A DNA stretch of 64,000 nt from assembly GCF_009914755.1 (NCBI RefSeq), contig NC_060932.1. One strand, written 5' to 3'. Below the pieces are notes generated by a model. It saw nothing but the letters and a program-made list of their open reading frames with translations, had not been told where the DNA came from and made no database searches. Made by a program: the position numbers and the translations under genes. This stretch comes from the human T2T-CHM13v2.0 reference genome, Homo sapiens. This document shows, in pieces, positions 46,965 to 59,244 of this stretch; the stretch's first letter is position 1; every line of letters begins with the position of its first letter.

Positions 46965-47411
46965 AGCCTCTTCTTACTCTCTTCTCCAGCCTCTCTCACT
47001 GTCCCTCAACCACTTTCTCCTTTCCACTCTTCAATCTCTCCCTTCTCTTAATTTCAATTCCTTTCATTTTCTGGGAGAGACAAAGGAGACACGTTTTATC
47101 CATGGACCCAAAACTCCGGCGCCGGTCACGGACTAGGAAGGCAGCCTTCCCTTGGTGTTTAATCATCGCAGGGCCACCTCTCTGATTATTGACCCACGTT
47201 TCAAATGTGTCAGACCACGCAGGGATGCCTGCCATGGTCCTTCACCCTTAGCGGCAAGTCCTGCTTTTTTGGGAAAGGGGCAAGTACACCAACCCCTTCT
47301 CTCCTTGTCTCTACCCCTCCTCTGCTTTTCTGGGAGAGGGGCAAGTACCCCTCAACCCCTTCTCCTTCACTCCTAGCAGCAAGTCCCGCTTTTCTAGAGG
47401 AGGAGCAAGTA

Positions 47412-47567
47412 CCCCAACCTCGTATCTCTGTGCCCCAATCCCTTATTTCCGTGCCCCGACCCCTTATTTCCATGCCCTGACCCCTTATTTCCGTGCCCCG
47501 ACCCCTTATTTCTGTGCCCCATCCCTTATTTCCACGCCCCGACCTCTTATCTCTGCGCCCCAACCCC
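47412..47567. repeat. 21-bp minisatellite in the HERV-H leader (about 7 units)
   Basis: Unit about CCCCGACCCCTTATTTCCGTG, directly adjacent copies with no spacers. Confidence 0.92.
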
Positions 47568-47689
47568 TTTTCTGGAAGGTAAGAACCCCCGAACCCCTTC
47601 CCTCTGTTTCTCTACTCTCTCTTTTCTCTAGGCTTGCTTCCTTCATTACGGGCAACCTTCCACCCTCCATTCCTCCTTCTACTCCCTTG

Positions 47690-48568
47690 GCCTGTGTTCT
47701 CAAATACTTAAAACCTCTTCAACTCACACCTGACCTAAAACCTAAATGCCTTATTTTCTTCTGCAATGCCGCTTGACCCCAATACAAACTCGACAGTAGT
47801 TCCAAATAGCCAGAAAATGGCACTTTGAATTTTTCCTTATCACCTCCCCTCCTCACACCTGGTGCTGCTTACAGTTTCGTTCCGTGACTGGCCCTCTCCC
47901 TCCTGCCCAGCAATTTACTCTTAAAAAGGTGGCTGGAGCTAAAGGCATAGTCAAGGTTAATGCTCCTTTTTCTTTATCCCAAATCAGATAGCGTTTAGGC
48001 TCTTTTTCATCGAATATAAAAATCCAGCCCAGTTCATGACTTGTTTGGCAGCAACCCCGAGACACTTCACAGCCCTAGACCCTAAAAGGTCAAAAGGCCG
48101 TCTTATTCTCAAAATACATTTTATTACCCAATCTGCTCCCGACATTAAATAAAACTCCAAAAATTAAATTCCGGCCCTCAAACCCCACAACAGGATTTAA
48201 TTAACCTTGCCTTCAAGGTGTACAATAATAGAAAAAAGTTGCAATTCCTTACCTCCACTTTGAGACAAACCCCAGCCACATCTCCAGCACATAAGAACTT
48301 CCAAATGCCTCAACTGCAGCAGCCAGGCGTTCCTCCAGAACCTCCTCCCCCAGGAGCTTGCGACACGTGCCGGAAATCTGGCCACTGGGCCAAGGAATGC
48401 TGGCAGCCTGGGATTCCTCCTAAGCCGCGTCCCATCTGTGTGGGACCCCATGGAAAATCGGACTGTTCAACTCACCTGGCAGCCACTCCCAGAGCCCCTG
48501 GAACTCTGGCCCAAGGCTCTCTGACTGACTCCTTCCCAGATCTTCTCGGCTTAGCGGCTGAAGACTGA
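47690..48568 (+). pseudogene. gag: HERV-H gag remnant (NC zinc knuckles)
   Basis: ORF 48218-48568: CDTCRKSGHWAKEC (intact CX2CX4HX4C), a degenerate second knuckle (RPICVGPHGKSDC) and C-terminal 'PDLLGLAAED*'; upstream part disrupted. Confidence 0.9.
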
Positions 48569-48960
48569 TGCTGCCCGATCGCCTCAGAAGCCACGTAGAC
48601 CATCACGGATGCCGAGCTTCAGGTAACTCTCACAGTGGAAGGTAAGTCCGTCCCCTTCTTAATCAATACGGAGCCTACCCACTCCACATTACCTTCTTTT
48701 CAAGGGCCTGTTTCCCTTGCCTCCATAACTGTTGTGGGTATTGACGGCCAGGCTTCTAAACCTCTTAAAACTCCCCAACTCTGCTGCCAACTTAGACAAC
48801 ACTCTTTTAAGCACTCCTTTTTAGTTATCCCCACCTGCCCAGTTCCCTTATTAGGCTGAGACACTTTAACTAAATTATCTGCTTCCCTGACTATTCCTGG
48901 ACTACAGCTATATCTCATTGCCGCCCTTCTTCCCTATCCAAAGCCTCCTTTGCATCCTCC
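48569..48960 (+). pseudogene. pro: HERV-H protease remnant
   Basis: 'FLINTEPTHS' in place of the catalytic D-T-G-A motif, 'VVGIDG' flap, 'CPVPLLG*'; in-frame stops. Confidence 0.88.
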
Positions 48961-49012
48961 TCTTGTATCCCCCCACCTTAACCCACAAGTATAAGATACC
49001 TCTACTCCCTCC

Positions 49013-50770
49013 TTGGCGACCGATCATGCACCCCTTACCGTCTCATTAAAACCTAATCACCCTTACCCCACGCAACGCCAATATCCCATCCCGCAGCACG
49101 CTTTAAAAAGATTAAAGCCTGTTATTACTCGCCTGCTACAGCATGGCCTTTTAAAGCCTATAAACTCTCCTTACAATTCCCCCATTTTACCTGTCCTAAA
49201 ACCAGACAAGCCTTACAAGTTAGTTCAGGATCTGCGCCTTATCAACCAAATTGTTTTGCCTATCCCCCCCGTGGTGCCAAACCCATATACTCTCCTATCC
49301 TCAATACCTGCCTCTACAACCCATTATTCTGTTCTAGATCTCAAACATGCTTTCTTTACTATTCCTTTGCACCCTTAATCCCAGCCTCTCTTTGCTTTCA
49401 CTTGGACTGACCCTGACACCCATCAAGCTCAGCAAATTACCTAGGCTGTACTGCTGCAAAGCTTCACAGACAGCCCCCATTACTTCAATCAAGCCCAAAT
49501 TTCATCCTCATCTGTTACCTATCTCGGCATAATTCTCATAAAAACACACATGCTCTCCCTGCCAATCGTGTCCGACTGATCTCTCAAACCCAAGCCCCTT
49601 CTACAAAACAACTCCTTTCCTTCCTAGGCATGGTTAGCGTGGTCAGAATTCTTACACATGAGCCAGGACCACAACCTGTAGCCTTTGTGTTCAAACAACT
49701 TGACCTTACTGTTTTAGCCTAGCCCTCATGTCTGTGTGCAGCAGCTGCCGCTGCTTTAATACTTTTAGAGGCCCTCAAAATCACAAACTATGCTCAACTC
49801 ACTCTCTGCAGTTCTCATAACTTCCAAAATCTATTTTCTTCCTCATACCTGATGCATATACTTTCTGCTCCCCGGCTCCTTCAGCTGTACTCACTCTTTG
49901 TTGAGTCTCCCACAATTACTGTTGTTCCTGGCCCGCACTTCAATCCGGCCTCCCACATTATTCCTGATACCACACCTGACCCCCATGACTGTATCTCTCT
50001 GATCCACCTGACATTCACCCCATTTCCCCAAATTTCCTTCTTTCCTGTTCCTCACCCTGATCACGCTTGATTTATTGATGGCGGTTCCACCAGGCCTAAT
50101 CGCCACACACCAGCAAAGGCAGGTTATACTATAGTACAAGCCACTAGCCAGCCTCTTAGAACCTCTCATTTCCTTTCCATCGTGGAAATCTATTCTCAAG
50201 GAAATAACTTCTTAGTGTTCCATCTGCTATTCTACTACTCCTCAGGGATTATTCAGGCCCCCTCCCTTCCCTACACATCAAGTTCGAGGATTTGCCCCAC
50301 CCAGGACTGGCAAATTAGCTTTACTCAACATGCCCTGAGTCAGATAACTAAAATACCTCTTAGTCTAGGTAGATACTTTCACTGGATAGGTAGAGGTCTT
50401 TCCTACAGGGTCTGAGAAGGCCACCGCAGTCATTTCTTCCCTTCTGTCAGACATAATTCCTCAGTTTAGCCTTCCCACCTCAATATAGTCTGATAACAGA
50501 CGAGCCTTTATTAGTCAAAACAGCCAAGCAGTTTTTCAGGCTCTTAGTATTCAGTGAAACCTTTATATCCCTTATGGTCCTCCGTCTTCAAGAAAAGTAG
50601 AATGGACTAAAGATCTTTAAAAACACACCTCACCAAGCTTAGCCACCAACTTAAAAAGGACTGGACAATACTTTTACCACTTTCCCTTCTCAGAATTCAG
50701 GCCTGTCCTCGGAATGCTACAGGGTACAGCCCATTGGAGCTCCTGTATAGATGCTCCTTTTTATTAGGCC
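49013..50770 (+). pseudogene. pol: HERV-H pol remnant (RT, RNase H, integrase fragments)
   Basis: 'YNSPILPVLKP..YKLVQDLRLIN..YSVLDLKHAFFTIPLHP*'; no YxDD visible; RNase H-like 'FIDGGS'; integrase fragments with stops. Confidence 0.92.
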
Positions 50771-51377
50771 CCGGTCTCATTCCAGACACCAGACCAACTT
50801 AGACTGTGCCCCTAAAAAACTTGTCTTCCCTGCTATCTTCTGTCTAGTCATACTCCTATTCACCGTTCTCAACTACTCATACATGCCCTGCTCTTGTTTA
50901 CACTGCTGGTTTACACTGTTTTTCCAAGCCATCACAGCTGATATCTCCTGGTGCTATCCCCAAACTGCCACTCTTAACTCTTGAAGTAAATAAATAATCT
51001 TTGCTGGCAGGACTATGCTGAATCTCCTTAGGCACTCTCTAATCAGATATCCTGAGTCGTCCCAATTCTTAGACTTTTTATACCTGTTTTTCTCCTTCTG
51101 TTATTCCATTTAGTTTCTCAATTCATCCCAAACCGTATCTAGGCCATCAGCAATCATTCTATAGGACAAATGTTTCTTCTAACAACCCCACAATATCACC
51201 CCTTACCACAAGACCTCCCCTCAGCTTAATCTCTCCCACTCTAGGTTCCCACGCTGCCCCAATCCCACTTGAAGCAGCCCTGAGAAACATCGCCCATTCT
51301 CTCTCCATACCACCCCCCAAAAATTTTCGCCGCCCCAAAACTTCATCACTATTTTGTTTTATTTTTCTTATTAATAT

Positions 51378-51390
51378 AAGAAGGCAGGAA
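51378..51390 (+). other. Polypurine tract
   Basis: AAGAAGGCAGGAA directly before the 3' LTR. Confidence 0.85.
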
Positions 51391-51841
51391 TGTCAGGCCT
51401 CTGAGCCCAAGCCAAGCCATCGCATCCCCTGTGACTTGCACATATAGGCCCAGATGGCCTGAAGTAACTGAAGAATCACAAAAGAAGTGAATATGCCCTG
51501 CCCCACCTTAACTGATGACATTCCACCACAAAAGAAGTGTAAATGGCCGTTCCTTGCCTTAACTGATGACATTACCTTGTAAAAGTCATTTTACTGGCTC
51601 ATCCTGGCTCAAAAAGCACCCCCAGTGAGCACCTTGTGACCCCCACTCCTGCCCGCCAGAGAACAACCCCCCTTTGACTGTAATTTTCCTTTACCTACTC
51701 AAATCCTATAAAACGGCCCCACCCCTATCTCCCTTTGCTGACTCTCTTTTCGGACTCAGCCCACCTGCACCCAGGTGATTAAAAGCTTTATTGCTCACAC
51801 AAAACCTGTTTGGTGCTCTCTTCACACAGACGCGTGTGAAA
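51391..51841 (+). promoter_or_regulatory. 3' LTR7 (polyA signal ATTAAA; possible downstream promoter)
   Basis: Direct repeat of 46360-46812 with about 22 substitutions by manual count, plus a different polyA-signal segment. Confidence 0.95.
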
Positions 51842-51873
51842 GTAACTTGTCATTGTTATAAATTTGTAACTCC

Positions 51874-52171
51874 ATTTTATTTTGTAATAGGGCCTCACTC
51901 TGTTGCCCAAGCTGAAGTGCAGTGGCACAATCACAGCTCACTGCAGCCTTGACCTCCTAGGTTCAAGCAATTTTCCCACCTGAGCCTCCCTAGTAGCTGA
52001 GATTACAGGCACATGCCACCACACCTGGTTAAGTTTTTATTCTTATTTTTAATAGAGACAGGGTTTCATCCTGTTGTCCGGGCTGGTCTTGAACTCCTGG
52101 GCTGAAGTGATCCTCTCAACTTGGCTTCCTAAAATGCGGAGATTACAGGTGTGAGCCACCACACACAGCCC
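51874..52171 (-). mobile_element. AluJ
   Basis: 'cacagctcactgcagccttgacctcc', 'gaactcctgggctgaagtgatcctc'. Confidence 0.9.
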
Positions 52172-52179
52172 AGACTGGC

Positions 52180-54000
52180 GCCTTTGAAATAACAAGTATC
52201 TTTCCCATCCTGTTTTGTTTTTCCTGATTTTGTCTGTGGTCTCTATATTGCACAAAAATTATTAACTTTTCTACCATCAAACACAGATAATATATTTGCC
52301 TTGACATATTCTTGTAAGGCTTTTATATGAAGTCCCTCCCCACATTTAGGTCACAAAAATATTATTCTACATTTTTTTCTATTAGCTTTATGATATCCCC
52401 TTTTATGACTGCTTATTTAATCTATCTAGATGTAATTATTGTGAAAGGAAGATATCTTGGGCCCCCAAAATCACTAAGGAAAACTCAAGCTGGAAGCTGC
52501 TTAAGACAAACCTGCCTCATTCTATTCAAAGTTAACCCTCTGCTCACTGAGATAGATGCGTATCTGATTTCCTCCTTTGGAAAGGCTAATCAGAAACTCA
52601 AAAGAATTTGTGTCTCACTTATCTGTGACCTGGAAGTTCCCTTCTGCTTCCAGTCTTCCTGCCTTTGCTTCAAGTTGTCCTGCCTTTCCAGACGGAACCA
52701 ATGTACTTCTTACATATACTGATTGATGTCTCATGTCTCCCTAAAGTATATAAAACCAAGCTGCGCCCTGACCACCTTGGGCTGTCTTCAAGATCATTCT
52801 GAGGCTCTCACCGGTACGTCCTTAACCTTGGCAAAATAAACATTCTAAATTAACTGAGACCTGTCTCAGATTTTCTGGGTTCACCGTATATAGTAACATG
52901 TAGAAAGTAATCAAAATTTATTTTTCTGTGTATTATGTCACTCATTCTATACTATTACTAAATCAATCTATTTTTATCTTTGTTTTGTGTTTAATTATAT
53001 GTTAGGTTTACAAATTTCCATTTGTACAGATTTGTCTTTTAGTTCTGTGTATTTTATCACAGTTAATTTGTTTTTTCTTGCTCTGAATCTATATTTGAAA
53101 TACAATAATTTGTTCTATATTTTAATATCTAGTGGAACATTATTCCTTTTTTTTCCATCTTTTAAGAGTGACTTGGCAATTTTTGGACCTTAAATTTTTC
53201 ATATAAATTTCAGAGTAAGTTTAAAGTGTCTCTCAAAAAAAGTAATGTCTCTTTGCCTGTCTTTCACAACGTTGATACTCTTCAAAGAATACTGATTAAT
53301 TATTTTATAAAATGTTTCTCAATTCACCTCATAATTGGAGTTAGGTTCTGCATTTTTAGCAGGAATACCAAATTAAAAATATTATGTTTTCACTGCATCA
53401 TACTAAGAAGTTTATGATACTAAGTTGTCTTATTATTGATTATGTTTATCTTAATCATTTGGTTGACTTACTATCTTCTAGATTTCAACACCGTAAATTT
53501 ATTATTTTTCTCATTGTAAGTGATCAGTATCTTCCGTGAAATACTTTTAGACTATATAATTTCTGGCTTCCTCTAATTTCTAGCCACTAATTTTAGCATC
53601 CAGTGGTGGATATTTTTAAATACATTTACTACTATGAAATTTTTCTAGTGATGATAATTTTCTGTTGTTGGCAATGGTACCATATTTATGTAAGATGTTA
53701 ACATTTGTGAAGTGAGGTAAACAGTTTAAGGTCTTTGTACTATTGTTGCAACTTTTCCGAAGTCTAAAACCTTCCCTAAAATAAATATGAAATTTATATA
53801 CTGAGCTGATCATTATAAAACATCTACATGCATTGAAACATCACACTGTACTCCATAAGAATGTGCCATTATTATGTAGCAATTATAAATAAAATTAATT
53901 TTAAAACAGTAAAAAAAAGTGATTTTATTTGGAATTATATTGAATTCACAGGTTAATTTTTTTGTTAATTTGAGGACAAATAATATCATAACTTAGCTGC
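52180..54000. mobile_element. Old L1M fragments, mixed orientation
   Basis: T-rich L1-antisense pieces plus A-rich 3'-end motifs 'gtactattgttgcaacttttc..aagtctaaaa' and 'ttgaaacatcacactgtactccataa'. Confidence 0.6.
52440..52885 (+). mobile_element. MER4A-like ERV1 solo LTR
   Basis: TGTGAAAGGAA..CCCCAAAATCACTAAG, 'tataaaaccaagctg', 'ggcaaaataaac', ending 'gggttcac'. Confidence 0.88.
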
Positions 54001-54099
54001 CAACCAACACCTATCCAGTAGTATGACCTGACCACCTTTTATGAGTAAAGTGTTTCATGAATAAGAACATGATACATTTTGCCCAATGTTTCTTCCTTG

Positions 54100-54690
54100 T
54101 AAATGAAGTGAGAATTTAGTTTTAAAAATCTTATTTAATAATATAGAAATTATTGGTGACCTTTCTAAGAGAAGTTTTAGTAGAGAAATAGGATTAAAGA
54201 CCAACAAGAATGCATCAAATAGAAAATAGGGGGAGAATTATTGAAGGCAGCACACACAGACAATTATTTCAAGAACACTTCGTGGAAACACAAAGAGGGT
54301 TACAGATCAGTGGCTGGAAAGATGGATGGATGTAAGGCTTTTGTTTTCATTTTTGTTTATCACAGAAAATCTACAGCATCCTCTTAAACTGTTGATATCA
54401 TCCAGTAGGTCATGATCATTTGATAGAGAGGAATAATTTGATAAGGAGTATAAAGGGCAGAAATAGTGGAAGCAATTTTTTAAGGGTATAAGAAAATAAG
54501 AGAGGGCTCACATACTTGAGGCTCAATGCCAGTGAGTAATTATGATGGTTCTTGACAAAATTTAAGCTGGAACATAGGAAGTTAGAACATGAAAGCCTTT
54601 GGGGACAGCGAAAAAAAGGTAAGATCAATTGCATAATAAATCCCATTAAAGTCAAAGGAATGTGGCAATTGGAGTATTAAAGGGAAAGAG
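54100..54690 (-). mobile_element. L2 fragment
   Basis: 'tattggtgacctttctaagagaagttttagtagag', 'cacagacaattatttcaagaa'. Confidence 0.55.
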
Positions 54691-55367
54691 CTTTACATGT
54701 CTCTTGAGTTTTATTTATTGTTTTATGTCCCCAATCATATGAATTAATCCACTGCCCAGAAATGTAGAATCAACTGCAATTAGGTCAAGTTTTAAATAGC
54801 AACTTCCTTTCAAGATATAACATTCATATTTATTCTACAAAGTCAGCCTTGTCACTAGATGATAGATATGAAGAAAGCTAGACAAATAAATAGATAGAAT
54901 TTATAGATGATATGTACCACATATGAGAACACCTGTATTTAAAATATTGCAGGAAAAGCCCTACTTTTTCTTAACTTTCAACTTATCTCTATATCTTTTG
55001 TCTAGGTTTTCTATTATGAAAGCAAACATGATTTATGTCATTACAGATTATTATCATTTGACCAAGGTTTTTTTCTTCTCTATTTCAGAATAGAACTAAA
55101 ATTCATTTAATACACACACACAAACACACATCTTGCAAGATATAGTTTCTCATGTAATGTAAATTCACTGGGAATCATTCAAAAACACCTGTTTTTACTC
55201 TGTACTGTCACAGTTATAATCTCATATCTCTGGCATTGTTATCACTGCCTTGCATTTTAATTATTTACTTAGATGTCTTTTCATTACCCTCTTACTCTTT
55301 TGCATGGCATAGATTATATCTTAAAGTTTATTACCCCAGATTTAAACCAATACAGGTAGGTGCTGAA

Positions 55368-55410
55368 TATATATATACACACACATATACACACACACAC
55401 ATATATATGC
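55368..55410. repeat. (TA)n/(CA)n compound microsatellite
   Basis: 'tatatatatacacacacatatacacacacacacatatatatg'. Confidence 0.9.
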
Positions 55411-56531
55411 AGACTTGCTATACAAATACATATATAAGTAATATGAATAACATAAATGAGGAGAAAAAGTGAACCCAAGAAATATCCTGAAGAAATATTC
55501 TAAAAATATGAAGTATATTATACTTTTAGAACAAAAAGGTGTGATGAACTAAGGATGGCCTTTTTGCTTACTAAATGAATCAGCTTTATTAAAGATTCAG
55601 GTAGTATAGTTTTACAACAGTCTGCATGAACTCCGCTAAGTCTTTCATTATTTGGAAAAGTATCAAATTGGCAATTTAGTTGATCTGTTAGGCACATAAC
55701 AACTTGGGGGAAAACAACAACAAAGGAATTTGCTTTACAAAGTATGTAATAATGATCGGTAATGTTTAAACAGTGTATCAAATCATGCTGTGATAATAGA
55801 GTCATTTTTGGTCTCTGATAGTCCTTATGCTGTTTCATTCCTAAGGCGAGATAGTGTTATTTAAAGTTAACCTTGTTACTCTGAATTTCCAGGATCCTGT
55901 CTCATGTTAAAGACGTTTTTCCGAAAACAGGCCAGAAAATCTAAAATGTATACAAAGAAAAGCAATATGTGCCTGAGTAGAATATAGACTTAGTACTAGT
56001 GTAGACCTGAAAGAAAATCTTATTCCACAGTATATTGAAGATCCTAACTCGCAGGCCATTCAGTTTCTATCTTAAGGAGAAATAAAGTGGAGAAACATCA
56101 AAATCATATTTATTTTGAAAAAGCTAAATATCTACATGTTTCACCGATTGTATAAATATATACAATCTAAAGATATTAAATTATAATTATATTTTACTGC
56201 AAATCTACTATGACCAAGTAAATAAGATTTCTCACCTTTCAGGAGAAATATATGAGTATGAATTTTATTTTCAAATTAATACAAATAATGAAACTGTGAC
56301 TTAGATTGATTTAAATCAGTGGTACTTGGATACCTTTTCACTCTTTATACATTGAACTTTAAGGTGTTTTGTAAATACACACACACAATACTCCATGTCT
56401 TAAACTTTTCTTAATCTGGAAGTCCAAAGTTTGCTTCTTGTTGTTTATTTTTGTCAGGCTCAATCTCACATCTTAAATTCTAGTAAGAAAAATTACAAAT
56501 ACTAATATGTTTCACACTGTCATCTACTTAA

Positions 56532-56862
<331 letters not shown>

Positions 56863-58299
56863 AATTTTTTAAACCCAATTAGTCTTGTATGCTGTAGCTG
56901 CAGGGTGAATTTCTAAGACATTTATCCTGCTTTTACTTTGAGCCACTCTCATAATAGTGTTTGCTTCTACATCATTGTTATTACTGAGTGGCATTTCAAC
57001 TGTCCACTGACATATCTCCACATGCTCCTCCCAACCTTATTAAAGGTAAAGACTGCATCTTACTATTTGTAACAGCATTTAGTGCTCTATTGGATTTCTG
57101 GCAGGTTTTGAATATATATTTAGTGGAGGAATACATTAGTGAATGGCATGCATGAATGGAGTGAACCCAAGAAATATGCAAAAGTACTAAAAATAACATA
57201 ACATGTCATACTTGTGAAGTGTTACAGTGCAGTGAACTAAAGACCTGTTTTTGGCCTGATGTTTGTTTTTCTCAGTGGAAAAAAAAAGTTATGGTTTCTT
57301 TCAGATCTAAAATATGGGAATGTAAAGGGGCTATAAGTCAACTTTATAGAAAGGAAAGAGAAAATTGAAGCAGAATGATACTGGTGAGATTTCTAAAACT
57401 TCTTCAGAGTCATCTGGGAGCTTGGTTGAATCAAATTTCATGACAAGGAAAGAAATGTGATGTAACTTTTTTTCTTATAGTATAAAGGTGCTTCTGTGTC
57501 ATTAGGCATAGAAATCAAAGGGCCTGGTGAATAGCGTAGCCAACAAAATAATCTGTGTAAACAAAGAATCATTTAAGAATATGAAATTTAAAAAATATAT
57601 ATAACAATACAGAAAGTGTTAAGAAACATAGGTAAGGAAAATAAGTTGTTTTAATAGCCAAAAGCAGCTTCCATTTAGTAACTGCTAAAGAAAAAGCCCA
57701 TCAGTTTAGGAGCTCTCTTTTCCTGACCACTCCTGTGGAACCACCTGCCACATGGCTCACTAAGGAGTAGCTAGCTGTCCACATGGGAATGTGTTGCTTG
57801 ATTTGGTAAAGATTTCTTGTAATGTTAATTAAGTCAATTTTATTGTCCCTTAGTTCTCTTGCCAAATTCACTCTTGGCAAAATAATACAGGAGGATATTA
57901 AATGCAGGCTAAAGTTTTTATTGATCTTTCCAAAAATTACATGAAACAGTGGTAAGCATTTTTATTTTGTCTACTGTCAAAGCGAGGCATGATTCTGAGA
58001 AGCAATGTATTATTCAAATTATTTTAAATTTTCAATTACTTGCAGTACAAATGTTCTCAACAGTGATAATAGTAGGGTGGGATTATGCCTGTGATAAAGG
58101 AATGATCAATAAAGCCTGTAATAGATGTATGCTCAGCGCCAAAGAAAGGCATCTACATCAGATGGAAGATGTTGGTAGAGATGATAGATCAAATCATTGA
58201 TTAAGCAACATTGTCAACACTAGACACAATTCTAAACCATAAAACTGACATAGGGACTTATAAAGAAAAGAATAACAGCATAAGATGAATCTCTTACTA

Positions 58300-58550
58300 G
58301 TTACTTTGCCTTAATCAGACACTTTTGACTTTTTTAAACAATGCCAATAATTCATATGCTGCCTCAAGATCTTGGCATTTAAGGTTTCATCTTTCTGGAA
58401 TGCTCTTTCCCAAGATAGAGGCATGAAATTATTGCTTCATTCAGATATATTCTCAAATGTCATATGGTAGAAGAGGACCTTCCTAACTATTCTAAGCTCT
58501 TTGCAAAAATGATCTGAAATTATATATTGCATGTGTTTACCTAAATATCA
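58300..58550 (+). mobile_element. L2 fragment
   Basis: 'tttctggaatgctctttcccaagata', 'ctcaaatgtca..agaggaccttcctaac'. Confidence 0.65.
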
Positions 58551-58989
58551 TGGGCAATATCCACATTTTATATTGCTTTGGTCCTGCAATTAATAGTTTA
58601 ATAGTCTGTTCTTATTTGAAATTCTTTCATCTTAGATATATAACTCAAGATATGCTTCTTCCTTTTAGTACTTTTAGTAGTTTTCCTACTGGATTTAAGC
58701 ATATCACTACTGTGTGCATCAATCATTTGACTATAATTATGCTAAGCTATATAATTTTTAATTTTTATGGGTCTTTAGCACATTGCTTTCTACACTACTT
58801 TTGGCTTCTCTGTTTAAACTCAGTAAAAATAGCCATTTTGAATATCACTGTCATTTTTCTTCTTGAGCTACCTGTTATTTAAATTTAGTATATTTAACTT
58901 TGATACTAAAATGAGCTCAAATAATTAGAAATCATGATTCTAATTAATGTGAATATATCCTATATACACTATATACAACATCTTGTGTA

Positions 58990-59172
58990 TGCATATATAA
59001 CATATAATATTTAATATATCTCTTATAAATGTATATACCTAATATAGTTAATACATGTATGTATGCTCTATTTAATATCTCTGCATATATAATGTATAAT
59101 ATTTAATGTATCTATTATAAATATATATTTAATATAGTGAATATCTCTATGTATGTATTTATTGACTATCTC
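58990..59172. repeat. AT-rich tandem duplication, about 92-bp unit, two diverged copies
   Basis: Copies start 'tgcatatataa..tataatatttaat' at 58990 and 59082. Confidence 0.8.
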
Positions 59173-59244
59173 TTGAATAGCTCATTGGAATCTTTTGCCA
59201 ACATCAATTTATTTCCTTTCTTTAATTAGCTATTAAGTTTCACT

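Larger units (their letters stand above)
46360..51841 (+). mobile_element. HERV-H provirus, two LTRs, env-less internally deleted form (5482 bp)
   Basis: LTR7-PBS(His)-gag-pro-pol-PPT-LTR7; perfect 5-bp TSD GTAAC at 46355-46359 and 51842-51846; appears to be inserted into an old L1M. Confidence 0.98.

Noticed and set aside
47412-47567. Regular 21-bp repeats as a possible CRISPR array
   Set aside because: No unique spacers, no cas genes, eukaryotic context; it is the HERV-H leader minisatellite.
48218-50984. HERV-H ORFs as functional proteins or an env gene
   Set aside because: Protease catalytic motif mutated, RT truncated with no YxDD, integrase has stops, and no env ORF is visible before the PPT.
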